NCBI RefSeq assembly: GCF_006345805.1 | Contig: NC_043002.1 | Location: 13,640,001-13,704,000 of the forward strand | Origin: Octopus sinensis | Taxonomy: Eukaryota | Length of the DNA stretch: 64,000 nt | Reading direction: 5' to 3' | In this document: one piece after another, positions 1 through 12,650 of the stretch | Layout of the letters: the number at the start of each line of letters is the position of its first letter | How positions within the stretch are numbered: the first letter of the stretch is position 1 | Notes under the pieces: model-generated | Told to the model about the DNA's origin: nothing | Databases searched by the model: none | The model's input: only the letters and a program-made list of their open reading frames with translations | Program-made: the position numbers and the translations under genes

Positions 1-208
1 ACGATCCCTATTGATCGTTTTTTTCCTCTCCCCCTTTTTACCTCTTTTTTCTTCTTTTTTCATTTCTCTTTTCTTTTTCCCCTTTTTTGTTTTTTTTCTC
101 TTCCTTTTTTTTTCTTTTTTTCTTCTTTTTTGCCTTTTACGATCCCTTTTGATCGAAAACCTACGTAACCTTTTTTTTCTCCCCCAAAAGAAAAGCTCTA
201 CCTTGTAA
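1..208. repeat. Pyrimidine-rich (T/C) low-complexity tract
   Basis: Runs of T and C; the Phe/Leu/Ser-only ORF 11..208 is a compositional artefact. Confidence 0.7.
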
Positions 209-251
209 CTTGTCCCATCTGTGTGCAGCCTTGTGTGGCCAATAAAGAAAC

Positions 252-340
<89 letters not shown>

Positions 341-400
341 GTCTGTCTATCTATCTATCTCTCTATGTATCTATCCGCCTGTCTCTCTGTCTGTCTGTAA
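252..400. repeat. (TATC)n/(TGTC)n microsatellite
   Basis: Directly visible tetranucleotide tandem repeat. Confidence 0.95.
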
Positions 401-1013
401 ACTACATGTTTATTAAATGTTTATATTCTGAGAAATATATAAGTACAAACCTACGGTCAAACACACATTAACAAAAAATAAAAATAAAGTGAAAAAAACA
501 AAACAAAACAAAACAACAGAAATACGAATAAAGCTAAACGAAAGACAATAGACAAACAGCATCACGTTTTCAAAAATCTCAAATAGTTTATATGTGTCGT
601 AGAAAATATGCCCTCCACACAATACTAATGATGGAAAAAAAAAAAACTGCAACAACAGCGCCGTCGACATATTGGCTTTTAAAAGTGTGTTTCCCGCCGA
701 TTCATTGTTTTGCTGTCGTTGTATGTATCTCCGTTATTTCAATGACAGCGAGTCTAATTTCTGCTTATGATATATCTCCTGTCTTCATTGATATGTTAAA
801 CACTTTTGATTATGTTTTGTGGTAGTGTTTTTGATATCTGGCTTATTTTATTTTATTTTATTTTATTTTATTTTACGTATTTATTTTGTCCGTACTGTGA
901 TTCATGGGGTTGTTGTTGTAGTAGTTGGTCTTGTTTATAAACAAAATGCTGTTGATGATCAGATTTTTGTGTGTTTTGCTACTTGCAAAACTTGTATTGA
1001 TTATTGTTAGCAG

Positions 1014-1073
1014 ATTTCAAATGATGAAGGAGGTTGGCCTATTAAATGTATTCAGCACTTGGAGAAGCTGAAA
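1014..1073 (+). CDS. Candidate 60-nt internal exon of an unidentified host gene ([20 protein letters not shown])
   Basis: ttattgttagCAG acceptor (NAGNAG), AAA|gtaaat donor, only one of three frames open, non-repetitive sequence. No family recognised. Confidence 0.3.
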
Positions 1074-1077
1074 GTAA

Positions 1078-1163
1078 ATATATATATATATTATATATAT
1101 AAGATATATATATATATAATAATATATATATAATATATCTATAGATAATATATATATATAATG

Positions 1164-1195
<32 letters not shown>

Positions 1196-1510
1196 AGATA
1201 TATATATCTATATATATATGTATATTGTTTGTAGGCATGTATATGTATATATATATGTCTATAATATATGTGTACGTATATGTATTATATATATGTATAT
1301 ACATATATATATATGCATTCATATATATATACACACACACATATATACATATACACATATACATATCTACATATATATATATGTAGATATGTATATGTAT
1401 ATGTATATATATATGTGTATATATATATATGTATGCATATGTATATATATATTGCTATACATATATATATGTGTATATATATGTATGCATTTGTATATAT
1501 ATATATATTG

Positions 1511-1548
<38 letters not shown>

Positions 1549-1831
1549 TATAAATAAGTATATAGGTATATGTATGTATGTGCATATATGTATCTATACA
1601 TACACCCACGCACACATACACACACATACACACACCACACACATATATATATATATGATATGTGTATGGGTGGCTATTTTGAAACAGTACATGCATATGT
1701 ATAAGTATGAGATGTGAACTAGTTTCTGTAGTACTTGTATGAATGGCTCACATGAGGTGCGGCGCAGCTGGTGCATTAATTAAAAGTTATTCATTGCAAA
1801 AAGTGATGTTCTCAGTTGATATAAACATACA

Positions 1832-1897
<66 letters not shown>

Positions 1898-1960
1898 TAA
1901 TATATAGGATATATACATATGTATATATATATGTATGTATGTATATTTACAGCTGGACGA
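1078..1960. repeat. Compound (TA)n/(TATG)n/(CA)n microsatellite field
   Basis: Visible tandem repeats; the source of many IY/YI-rich ORFs. Confidence 0.95.
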
Positions 1961-2249
1961 GTCAAAGGAGATTTTTATATGTGGAAATGAAACTTTTATA
2001 AATATATATATTATGGGGATAATAAAATATTAAATATTAATTTCATAGATATATGACACTGAATATTTCAATAGATGTGTACGTACAAATATATACGCAC
2101 ATAGAGATATACGTACTGGCACACATGCAAAAGAGATACATAAATATATGTGTATGCAAACAAATGTATTTTGTATATTTTAATCTCTCATTATTGATTC
2201 ACGAGATCTTGTTTACGAATTTGGATATGTCATTGTATATAAAAATACA

Positions 2250-2870
<621 letters not shown>

Positions 2871-3540
2871 TCACACACTTTAAAAAAGCGACACTGGTAG
2901 ATGTGTGACTGGTCTATCGTCATATTCCCCTTTGTTATGAATTCATTTCTGTGCAGTTAAATGTTGAAAGTATATGATGCGTGTTACGTTGTATTAGTCG
3001 TAGGGTTGTGTTTAATCACATTTGTCTGCGATACGTTTCGGTCACTAGAATATGAACTATCTCATTCTGTAATGAATGGGTGTAGGGGGTAGGCGATGCA
3101 AATCGTGTAATAGCAAGGTTAGGATTGAATTAATTGGCCTTTAGTTAGAATGAGAATTGAAACAGATAAATATTGATCTGTCAAGGGTCATTGCCTTAGG
3201 ACAGTTAATGGTGAGAAGAATTGGGAGTTTGGGAGTGCGAATATAGGAGATAAATATTATCAACCAATGTGGAAATGGAAGCAATTTAAGCCATCGAATA
3301 AACATAAAAACATACATGAGTTACATTACAGTTTGTGTGGAGATTGTATAAATCCTTTTCTTCAACCTTCTCTTCTTCTGCTTCCTCCTATTCCTCCACC
3401 TCTTCTTTTTTTCCTGCGCCTCGTCGTCATCATAGTCCAATGGAGAAAATTTGGGAGATGAATCGAAAGAATTTACAAATAAGTAAATAAGTTAATTTTA
3501 TAATGAATTTTCTACTGCCTCGCGAGTGAGTTTCGCATTT

Positions 3541-3583
3541 ATACACACATACATACATACATATATATATATATATGTGTGTA

Positions 3584-3630
<47 letters not shown>

Positions 3631-3641
3631 ATATATATATG

Positions 3642-3675
<34 letters not shown>

Positions 3676-3781
3676 TATAATATATAATTATTAAAAAGGA
3701 CAGAAAACATTAAGGCAAGGCAAACATTTCAAGTCATATATGTATGTATATATATATTATACACACAAACACACACACACA

Positions 3782-3833
<52 letters not shown>

Positions 3834-3942
3834 ACAATATATATATATATACACCTATATATATATGTATGTATATATTATATATGTAATTGTTAAACGG
3901 ACAGAAAACATTAAGGCAAGGCAAACATCTCAAGTTTTATGC

Positions 3943-3974
<32 letters not shown>

Positions 3975-3990
3975 ATTATATATATATATC
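3541..3990. repeat. (TA)n/(CA)n field containing two direct copies (3689-3730, 3890-3932) of one arm of a small fold-back element
   Basis: The motif ggacagaaaacattaaggcaaggcaaacat occurs twice and matches the left arm at 44641. Confidence 0.75.
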
Positions 3991-4429
3991 GTTGCTATTA
4001 TGTTAAACTGTTGTATGTCCAAGTTTGGACAACTGCGTTTTTTTTAAATATTATTTTTTCCCTTGCATTAACCGGCGGTTCATTTGGTCAAACTTTCGTA
4101 TCTTCAGTTGCTTCAGATGCCAAGATATCAAAAATTATCTAAGTGTAGTACAATGCTTTTGCTATGAAATGGTAAACTATTTTGTCGTTTTCTGAAAAAA
4201 GCAACACTTTGGGACTTACGTCACTTTTGCATAATAGCAACGATATACATACATATATATATATGTGTGTGTGTGTATGTGTGTGTGTATTCATTAATCT
4301 ATCTATCTTTCTATCTATTTATGTATCTGTCTGTCTATGTACGTATGTAAATATGTATGAATGTATGTGCGTTTGTATGCGTGTGTGTGTGTGTGTGTGT
4401 CTGTGTACGTACGTGTGTGTGAGAGTCTA

Positions 4430-4600
4430 AACCCACTCGCTTGACAACGGGTGTTGGTCTAATAATTTCCCTGTAACTTGGCTGTTGGGGAAAAAAGACC
4501 AGGCCTCAATAATGCATACTGGGGTCGATTCGTTCGACCAAACCGTTCAAGGCAACGCTCCAGCATGACCGCAGTCAGATGACTATAACAAATAAAAGAT
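4430..4600 (+). mobile_element. SINE family A, degraded 3' fragment
   Basis: cgcttgacaac...ctggggtcga...ctccagcatgaccgcagtcagatgact matches the 3' half of full copies. Confidence 0.7.
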
Positions 4601-4972
4601 AATTAAAAAATGCTCATTTGCTGTCCTCCTCACACTCATTCTCCTACTCCTCCTCCTGCTCATCATCATCATGATCACCATCATCATAATCACCATTATG
4701 ATCATCATCGTCCAAAAAAGGTATGGGAAAAAGCTATATGATTTAAAATGGGTGTATCCAAAGAAAGACTTAAATTTCAAAGTAATTCTAATTATTAATT
4801 ATTACCATAATTATTAATTTTTGTTAATTAATGATTATATCAATAACTGTACTACAAATTTACAAATTCTAGTTTAATTAACACTGTAAATTAATGTTAT
4901 TACAATTAATTTTAAAGAAAATGTAGTTTAAAAATTATTTTCCCTAAATCTTATATAAATTGCATATACACT

Positions 4973-5380
4973 TTTACTCTTTTACTTGTTTCAGTCATGT
5001 GACTGTGACCATGCTGGAGCACCGTCTTTAGTCGAGCAAATCAACACCAGGACTTATTCTTTGTAAGCCTAGTACTTATTCTATCGGTCTCTTTTGCCGA
5101 ACCGCTAAGTTACGGGGACGTAAACACACCAGCATCGGTTATGAAGCGATGCTGGAGGGACAAACACAAACACAAAGATATACACACATATACATATGTA
5201 TATACACACATATATACGACGGGCTTCTTTCAGTTTCCGTCTGAAAAATCCACTCACAAGGCTTTGGTCGGCCCGTGGCTATAATAGAAGACACTTGCCC
5301 AAGGTGCCACACAGTGGAACTGAACCCGGAACCATGTGGTTTGTAAGCAACCTACTTACCACACAACCACTCCCAAGCCT
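4973..5380 (-). mobile_element. tRNA-derived SINE family A, near full length
   Basis: Reverse complement of the 8569 copy, with A-box/B-box-like head, internal microsatellite and agagta tail. Confidence 0.9.
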
Positions 5381-5442
5381 ATGATTATCTCTAGCTGTTA
5401 GCATGATATCGATAAAGTATTATAACAAGGATTACTTATTAG

Positions 5443-5490
5443 ACATTATTGATTTACCAAATTTCAATGGCGGAAACGATATTGTAAAAG
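5443..5490 (+). CDS. Candidate 48-nt phase-1 exon ((D)IIDLPNFNGGNDIVK)
   Basis: tacttattag acceptor, strong AAG|gtaatt donor, a single open frame, located between two SINEs. Confidence 0.3.
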
Positions 5491-5514
5491 GTAATTCAAA
5501 AATTACATTATATT

Positions 5515-5832
5515 TTATCTTTTACTTGTTGCAGTCATTAGAATGCTGCCACACTGGGGTACAGCCTTGAAGGATTTTAGTCGAACAAATTTAAACTTTT
5601 AAACCTTGGTGTGTACTTTATCGGTTTCTTTTATCGAACTGCTTAGTGACGGGAGTGCAAACACGCAAATCACAGCACTGGGGTACAAACACACACACGC
5701 ATACATGCACACTCGCAAGTCTTTGATCAGTTCGATGTTAAAGCAGAAGACCTCTACCCAAGGTGCCACACTGTGGGACTGAACTCGGAACCATATGGTT
5801 GCGAAGCAAACTTGTTACCACACAGCCACGCA
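5515..5832 (-). mobile_element. SINE family A, degraded
   Basis: cccaaggtgccacactgtgggactgaactcggaaccat...accacacagccac head and ttttacttgttgcagtcatt tail. Confidence 0.8.
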
Positions 5833-5861
5833 TATTTTTAAATGGTAATCATACAGTAATA

Positions 5862-6076
5862 TCTCTACAGCGTTTAAACTAGCCAGATGTGGCCAAAGTG
5901 TTCTACCCGTTTCATGTTCAAATCGACCAGATCAGGTCTCTCACACTTACTTCGCAATATCATTCTAAAAAGAAGCAGCCACATCATTGAAATCATGAAG
6001 ATATGAGATTATGCTTGCTTAATGGGAAACAATAACCATTACATTTGACAGAATAATCTAAACGTTAAGGGGTTAA
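5862..6076. mobile_element. piggyBac-type MITE, degraded
   Basis: Right end aaggggTTAA fits a TTAA|CCCTT terminus; the left end is eroded. Confidence 0.5.
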
Positions 6077-6120
6077 AATGTAACATTTGCTATGGAATTT
6101 GTAAATTCATACAAGATGTA

Positions 6121-6295
6121 GAAGTGGCTGTGTGGTAAGTAGCTTGCTTACCAGCCACATGGTTCCGGGTTCAGTCCCACTGCGTGGCACCTTGGGCAAG
6201 TGTCTTCTACTATAGCCTCGGGCCGACCAAAGCCTTGTGAGTGGATTTGGTAGACGGAAAATGAAAGAAGCCCGTCGTATATATATATATATATA

Positions 6296-6330
<35 letters not shown>

Positions 6331-6558
6331 GCGTGTGTGTGTATCTATTTTTGTCCCCCTAGCATTGGTTGACAACCGATGCTGGTGTGTTTATGTCCCC
6401 GTTACTTAGCGGTTCGGCAAAAGAGACCGATAGAATAAGTACTGGGCTTACAGAAGAATAAGTCTCGGGATCGAGTTGCTCGACTAAAGGCGGTGCTCCA
6501 GCATGGCCGCAGTCAAATGACTGAAACAAGTAAAAGAGTAAAAGAGAGTAAAAGAGAG
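6121..6558 (+). mobile_element. tRNA-derived SINE family A
   Basis: TGGCTGTGTGG A box, GGTTCAGTCCC B box, internal (TA)n, 3' cagtc-aaat-gactg hairpin and (agagta)n tail. Confidence 0.92.
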
Positions 6559-6892
6559 AGGTGTTGTAAAATCGAGAGTAAAATCGTGACAGTAGAATTT
6601 GAGATACACTTCGAAATTTTATTTTAGCTTTGATTAATTACTTAGTGGTTTTCACAATTCCACATTGCTCTCTATTTCATTAATAATAAAAAAATATTCA
6701 TAAAGTCTTAAACAAGCATATATATTTCTTCTTTCGATAATAGGTGTACCAAAATGTGGTCAGGTGTTTGTTTTCAAATCGATATCAATATATAAACCAT
6801 TACTTCAGTGTGATAAATGTTCTGTTTTTTCTCTTATTCTCGAATCGTTAATTTACAACTTACAACACACCCACACCTATGTGTGTGTGTGC

Positions 6893-6970
<78 letters not shown>

Positions 6971-6980
6971 ATATATATAT

Positions 6981-7189
6981 GTAGTTAATCCAAACATGAA
7001 AACACAAAGAGAAAACACAACACGTGAGGACATGGAACAAATATAGTATTATTGGACGCTCAGGAAAGAAGGGAAGAAGGGGGTTTTACGTTTCGAGCGG
7101 AGCTCTTCGTCAGAATATAGGAAAAGGAAAGATCCAAAGAAGGGAAGACGGATGAAAAAAATCGCCAACGGTACACACGCGGGCACATT
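6981..7189 (-). mobile_element. ~200-bp non-coding hammerhead-containing element (Penelope-terminal-repeat/retrozyme-like)
   Basis: Aligns by eye with the 34880-35075 copy; flanked by (TA)n on both sides. Confidence 0.75.
7084..7118 (-). ncRNA. Minimal type I hammerhead ribozyme motif
   Basis: Minus strand reads CUGACGA-A-GAGC(UCC)GCUC-GAAAC-GUA. Stem III is the palindrome ACGU; stem I is only ~2 bp. Confidence 0.6.
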
Positions 7190-7320
7190 ATATATATATA
7201 TATAATATATATATATATATATCTATAATATATAGTATATATATATATATCTACATTCATACATACATACATATATACATACATACATACATATATACAT
7301 ACATATATATATATATGTAT

Positions 7321-7394
7321 ATAAAGGTTATTTTTCCCTAATTATATATAATTATTTTCCCTAATTGTATATGATTAGGGAAAATAACCTTTAT
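7321..7394. repeat. Small inverted repeat
   Basis: ataaaggttatttttccctaat ... attagggaaaataacctttat. Confidence 0.75.
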
Positions 7395-7699
7395 TTTAAG
7401 TTTAAAAAAAATAACATCACGCCTAACTGAAAAAATTCTAATACCAGTTTTAACCCAAATCATGCAAAATTCTAATTGGGTTTATAATGCCTACTGAAGA
7501 TTTTACCAAACATGGTGTGTTGACTTAATACAATGCAGAAGCAGTATACCTCAAATTTCAGCTTACAAGTTTAAGTAGTTTAGGAGTTATAGAGTTTTTC
7601 ATTTGTTACCACTTAGGCCGTACTTTAGGAAATATCCTCTTCCTCTCCTTTTTTTCTTTGACACTAAAACCTTTGACTATATTAACTGTTTTTCAGAAT

Positions 7700-9176
7700 A
7701 GTAGGCTTATCCAAATAGAGTATCTAAAATAATATCTCATATAAGTGCTTGTGTTACTCAAAGAAACAAAAAAAAATCTGGAAGAAGTATCTCGTGCAAT
7801 TTCAAGACTCATATGGGAAAAGAAGGCTTGTTCTCCTAGAAGAGCATTCTTTGAAAAACAACTTGATACCAATGAAACTTCAAATTGTTGGTCGCCAGCT
7901 ATCCCTTGGAGGTACCATCAAAGGAAGGAAAGAAAGAACAATGGAAATTTCGAAAGAACATTTTTTACGGCTAAAGAAATTAAATTTCCCATGTTTATCA
8001 ATTCAAAATGTAAAAGCAAAAGTAGAAAAAATGCTGAATACATACTATAAATGTATAAAACGAAGAAAAATACGATTCATTGAAGGGGATTTTTCACTTC
8101 ATAAAGGAAAACGGTGAATGGATGTGCCTTGAGAATAGAAGGTTATATTATCTGCAAATTGAAAGTAAGGTATAGGTTGGGTATGCAACTGGAAAGGTAG
8201 CCAGTTCCAAAACTATCAATCTATCTAAAAGAAGAAAAAATGTCATTAATGCCAACTTCAACCAAAGAAACTCCAGTGTCATCGTCAACATCTGAAGCAG
8301 AGACTGGAAGTGAATATCAAGAGCCCGAAAAATCAGATGAAGACTCCACACAAACAAGGAGGAAGTATAGCAAAACTGGAACTGCAACCAAGATAGTAAT
8401 ATCTTCCAAGCTATGAACCCAAAATGCAATAGCAGTTCGTCGATAATTATCTCAAGATGGAATCAATGTCAACACTCCTTTCCAATCTAGTATTTACAGA
8501 TTGACTATGAAAGAAGTTGTTAAGCTAAAAAAAAAAGATGAAGAAAACACTACATTGTGTTTTCTTCAGGCGCAGGAGTGGCTGTGTGGTAAGTAGCTTG
8601 CTAACCAACCACATGGTTCCGGGTTCAGTCCCACTGCGTGGCATCTTGGGCAAGTGACTTCTGCTATAGCCCCGGGCCGACCAATGCCTTGTGAGTGGAT
8701 TTTGTAGATGGAAACTGAAAGAAGCCTGTCGTATATATGTATATATGTATGTGTGTGTATGTGTTTGTGTGTCTGTGTTTGTCCCCCTAGCATTGCTTGA
8801 CAACCGATGCTGGTGTGTTTACATCCCGTCACCTAGCGGTTCGGCAAAAGAGACCGATAGAATAAGTACTAGGCTTACAAAGAATAAGTCCCGGGGTCGA
8901 TTTGCTCGACTAAAGGCGGTGCTCCAGCATGGCCGCAGTCAAATGACTGAAACAAGTAAAAGAGAGTAAAAGAGAGTAAAAGAGATTTAGAAAACTGGTC
9001 ATTTCATTATGATGGTATACGTATTGGTGACCAAGAATACCAAGTGCTAGTTTTAAAGAATGAACCATGAGAAGTCAAGTTAGGAGCACTCCAATTACTA
9101 AACGGGAAAGCTGATACTGTTGTAAAAGGAATTACAGCTGTTTTAGATGAATACAATTTATGGAACTGTGTAACGA
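7700..9176 (+). mobile_element. Decayed hAT-like (hATm/CC8L18.2-like) transposase, interrupted by a SINE
   Basis: Broken frames 7745-8117, then QDGINVNTPFQSSIYRLTMKEVVKLKK [SINE] FHYDGIRIGDQEYQVLVLKNEP*EVKLGALQLLNGKADTVVKGITAVLDEYNLW, resembling the H-x-D-G first-catalytic-Asp region. Confidence 0.55.
8569..8984 (+). mobile_element. tRNA-derived SINE family A, full length
   Basis: ggcgcaggagtggctgtgtgg head through the agagtaaaag tail. Confidence 0.93.
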
Positions 9177-9479
9177 ACGCGCGAACACACTCATAGAGAA
9201 AATGTGACGTATGTTGTTGTGGTGGTGGTATAAAATGCCGTTTGAGATAGGTGACTAAAAGAAAAATTATAATTTAAAATTTTGGTAAGGCAAATAACGA
9301 AAATAAAGGTTAGTTGGTAGCCGAAAGCTTACTGAATCCTTTGATATCCCACAAATCAAAATCGGCAACTTGGTTTTGGAATGCATAGGGAACATACGTA
9401 CACACACACACACACAGACATACAGACATTCAAACTACCACTGGTTTTAATTGATAAATATTGATTTCTACCCTATTAA

Positions 9480-9517
<38 letters not shown>

Positions 9518-9532
9518 TATATATATATATAT

Positions 9533-9571
<39 letters not shown>

Positions 9572-9614
9572 TAGATAGATAGATAGGAATAGATAGATAA
9601 ATAGATAGATATAC

Positions 9615-9909
9615 CAATAAGAAATGGAGGGGATCAATAGGTGGTTCATCAACTTTTAGACATTATATTATGTTAACTTATTTATTTATTTACTAAACTG
9701 ACAGTTACAATAATATACATACATGTATAACATATGCTTTACATACAAAATATAAAATATATTTTTATATCTTATATGTAAAGCATAATATGTTATACAT
9801 GTATGTATATTCTTGTAATTGTCAGTTTAGTAAATAAATAAATAAATTAACATAATATAATGTCTAAAAGTTGATGAACTACCTACTGATCCCCTCCATT
9901 TTCTTATTG
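9615..9909. repeat. 295-bp near-perfect palindrome (fold-back element)
   Basis: caataagaaatggaggggatcaataggt... is reverse-complementary to ...acctactgatcccctccattttcttattg, with pairing continuing almost to the centre (~9760). Confidence 0.85.
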
Positions 9910-10084
9910 CTCTATAAATTAATGGTAAAATATCTCTTTACCTTAACCCATTTAGTACACTCGGTAATGTAATTGCAATGCAATAAAAACACTTGTGTAT
10001 TAATAATTTGGTATTCTACCAGCAGTATATTAAATAGATACTATCCCTTGGTTGGTTGGATTCACAACCTCTAACTTTCTTGGA

Positions 10085-10160
10085 GTTACATGTATATGTG
10101 TGTGTGAGTGGTGTATATATGTATATATTATATATATATATATGTATATTAATATATATA

Positions 10161-10215
<55 letters not shown>

Positions 10216-10560
10216 ATATGTATATTATGTATGTTATATATATGTAGTTATATATGTATATATTATATGTATATGTTGTGTGTGTGCATGTTCTTTGTGC
10301 CTGTGTTTGTATCCCACCACCGCTTGACAACAAGTGTTCGTATGTTTACATCCCCCTGAATTAGAATTTCGGCAAAATAACCGATAAAATAAGGTAAGAG
10401 AATATATACATGTATATATATATACATATGCATATACATGTATATAAATACTATATATATATATATATATAATAATATATATATATATATATATGTATAT
10501 GGATATATGTATATATAAGTATAAAATATATATATATGTATACACACCCAACACACCACA
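10085..10560. repeat. (TA)n field with an embedded SINE A 3' fragment (~10290-10395)
   Basis: Visible repeats; ccgcttgacaac...ttcggcaaaa motif. Confidence 0.8.
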
Positions 10561-11119
10561 GATATATAATATTTGCTGTGTTTTTGAGATGGACTCCCAA
10601 CCACATTTTGAATATAAACTTCTCTTATGGAATTGATTAAATCGTTGCTATTATAGAAAATACTTATCTCTTGAAGAATTTGAAGCAGCATTACTTCTCC
10701 TCTAAGAAGACTTTGAGACTATCGCATACAAGTCCAACACTGTGAATACATATGCAGAAAGCGTGATTCTGATGAAAAGCCGTCGAAATCCAAACTATAA
10801 GCTACAAGAAAGAAAGAAAGAGAGAGAGAAGGAGAGATAGACACACACACACACACACACACACACACATTCACTCACATGAACACAACATAGAGAATAG
10901 CAAACCATATATAAAGACTAATATGGAAATAATGGTCTATAATCATTACAGTAGGCAGTAGTTATTGAATCTTTATATTCTCCAAGTAGTTCCTACTATT
11001 GCTGCCATAATTAATCATGTGAACAGCAATCTTTGTATTACTGCAAAGAGATTTCGATGTAACTTTTAGTAAGTTAAAGCTCAACTAAATAGCTATTGAT
11101 CATAGGTTACTCATACTTT

Positions 11120-11670
11120 AATATATATATATATATATATTTATATGCAAGCATATGGATATGAAAATAAACAGATCAACATACAGACGGAGAGGTACAT
11201 AGGTTATATGAAGAGAAAAGCACACATATGCAAATGAAATGGAGACTGAAACACGACGATATATATATATACACACACACACTTCACTCCACACAAGGAC
11301 ACATGGAGACACGTGTCCACACATACAGAGATGCGCATAGAGATACAAACATGGTACAGAGTTGCAAAACACACACACACACATACACACACACAGACAT
11401 GCATACACATGAAGACAGAGGTGCATACATATACAAACACACGCTCACACACACACATATACATAAAAATATACAAACACGGACATGCAAGCACATGAAT
11501 ATGCAGAATACATACATACAGATGCACACACATACATACATATATACATATGCATACACACACACGTATACATACACACACATGCATGCATACATGCATA
11601 CATACATACATACATACATACATACATACGTACATGCATGCATAGACACACACACACACTGACCCTCACA
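11120..11670. repeat. (CA)n/(CATA)n microsatellite field
   Basis: Visible tandem repeats. Confidence 0.85.
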
Positions 11671-12029
11671 CATGCGCAAAAATAAACAAAAAGGAAAGCA
11701 GTGTAAATAACGGACAGTCAAGACTATTGAAAAGGTTGCAAGACGCAACGAAAATTTTAGGAAAATAAAAATAAGAAATAAGCGGAAATTTTACCAGTGA
11801 GTGTGTTAAATAATAAGGCACCAAAAGAGAATGACTCTCACCAGACACAACAAAATATCAGTTTGTTTGAATGTACAAAGTTCATTAATTTTAGTGTTGG
11901 TCGACAAGTAATACTGGAAAAAAATATGTGTGAAGTGAAAATAGCAAAAAAAAGAGAAGGAAATTTGGTTTACAGTTTCTCAGATCCTCTCCTTTTAGTG
12001 TATTACTAAACCAGCATGAACAAATTTAA

Positions 12030-12140
12030 CCAAATGAGACCGATAGAATAAGTACTAGGCTTACAAAAAAATAAGTCCTAGTTTGACTAAAGGCGATGCT
12101 CCAGCATGACCGCAGTCAAATTACTTAAACAAACGAAAGA
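12030..12140 (+). mobile_element. SINE family A 3' fragment
   Basis: gagaccgatagaataagtactaggcttac...ctccagcatgaccgcagtc. Confidence 0.8.
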
Positions 12141-12241
12141 ATAAAAGAATGTGCACTGTTATACCATCCTCTAGCCAAGCATTTAAAAATATGCTTGCGA
12201 AGACATGAATTCCCTGAAAAATGATATAAGATGGCTGATAG

Positions 12242-12650
12242 GGGCAGGAGTGGCTGTGTGGTAAGTAGCTTGCTAACCAACCACATGGTTCCGGGTTCAG
12301 TCCCACTGCGTGGCATCTTGGGCAAGTGTCTTCTGCTATAGCCCCGGGCCGACCAATGCCTGGTAGACAGAAACTGAAAGAAGCCTGTCGTATATATGTA
12401 TATATATATAAGTGTGTATATGTTTGTATATGTTTGTATATGTCTGTGTTTGTCCCCCTAGCATTGCTTGACAACCGATGCTGGTGTGTTTACGCCCACG
12501 TAACTTAGCGGTTCGGCAAGAGAGACCGATAGAATAAATACTGGGCTTACAAAGAATAAGTCCGGTGGTCGATTTGCTCGACTAAAGGCGCTGCTCCAGC
12601 ATGGCCACAGTCAAATGACTGAAACAAGTAAAAGAGTAAAGAGTAAGAGT
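12242..12650 (+). mobile_element. tRNA-derived SINE family A
   Basis: Complete head-to-tail match to the other copies. Confidence 0.92.

Noticed and set aside
10765-10792. Hammerhead-like CTGATGA...GAAA
   Set aside because: No convincing stem II, no NUH triplet and no stem I.
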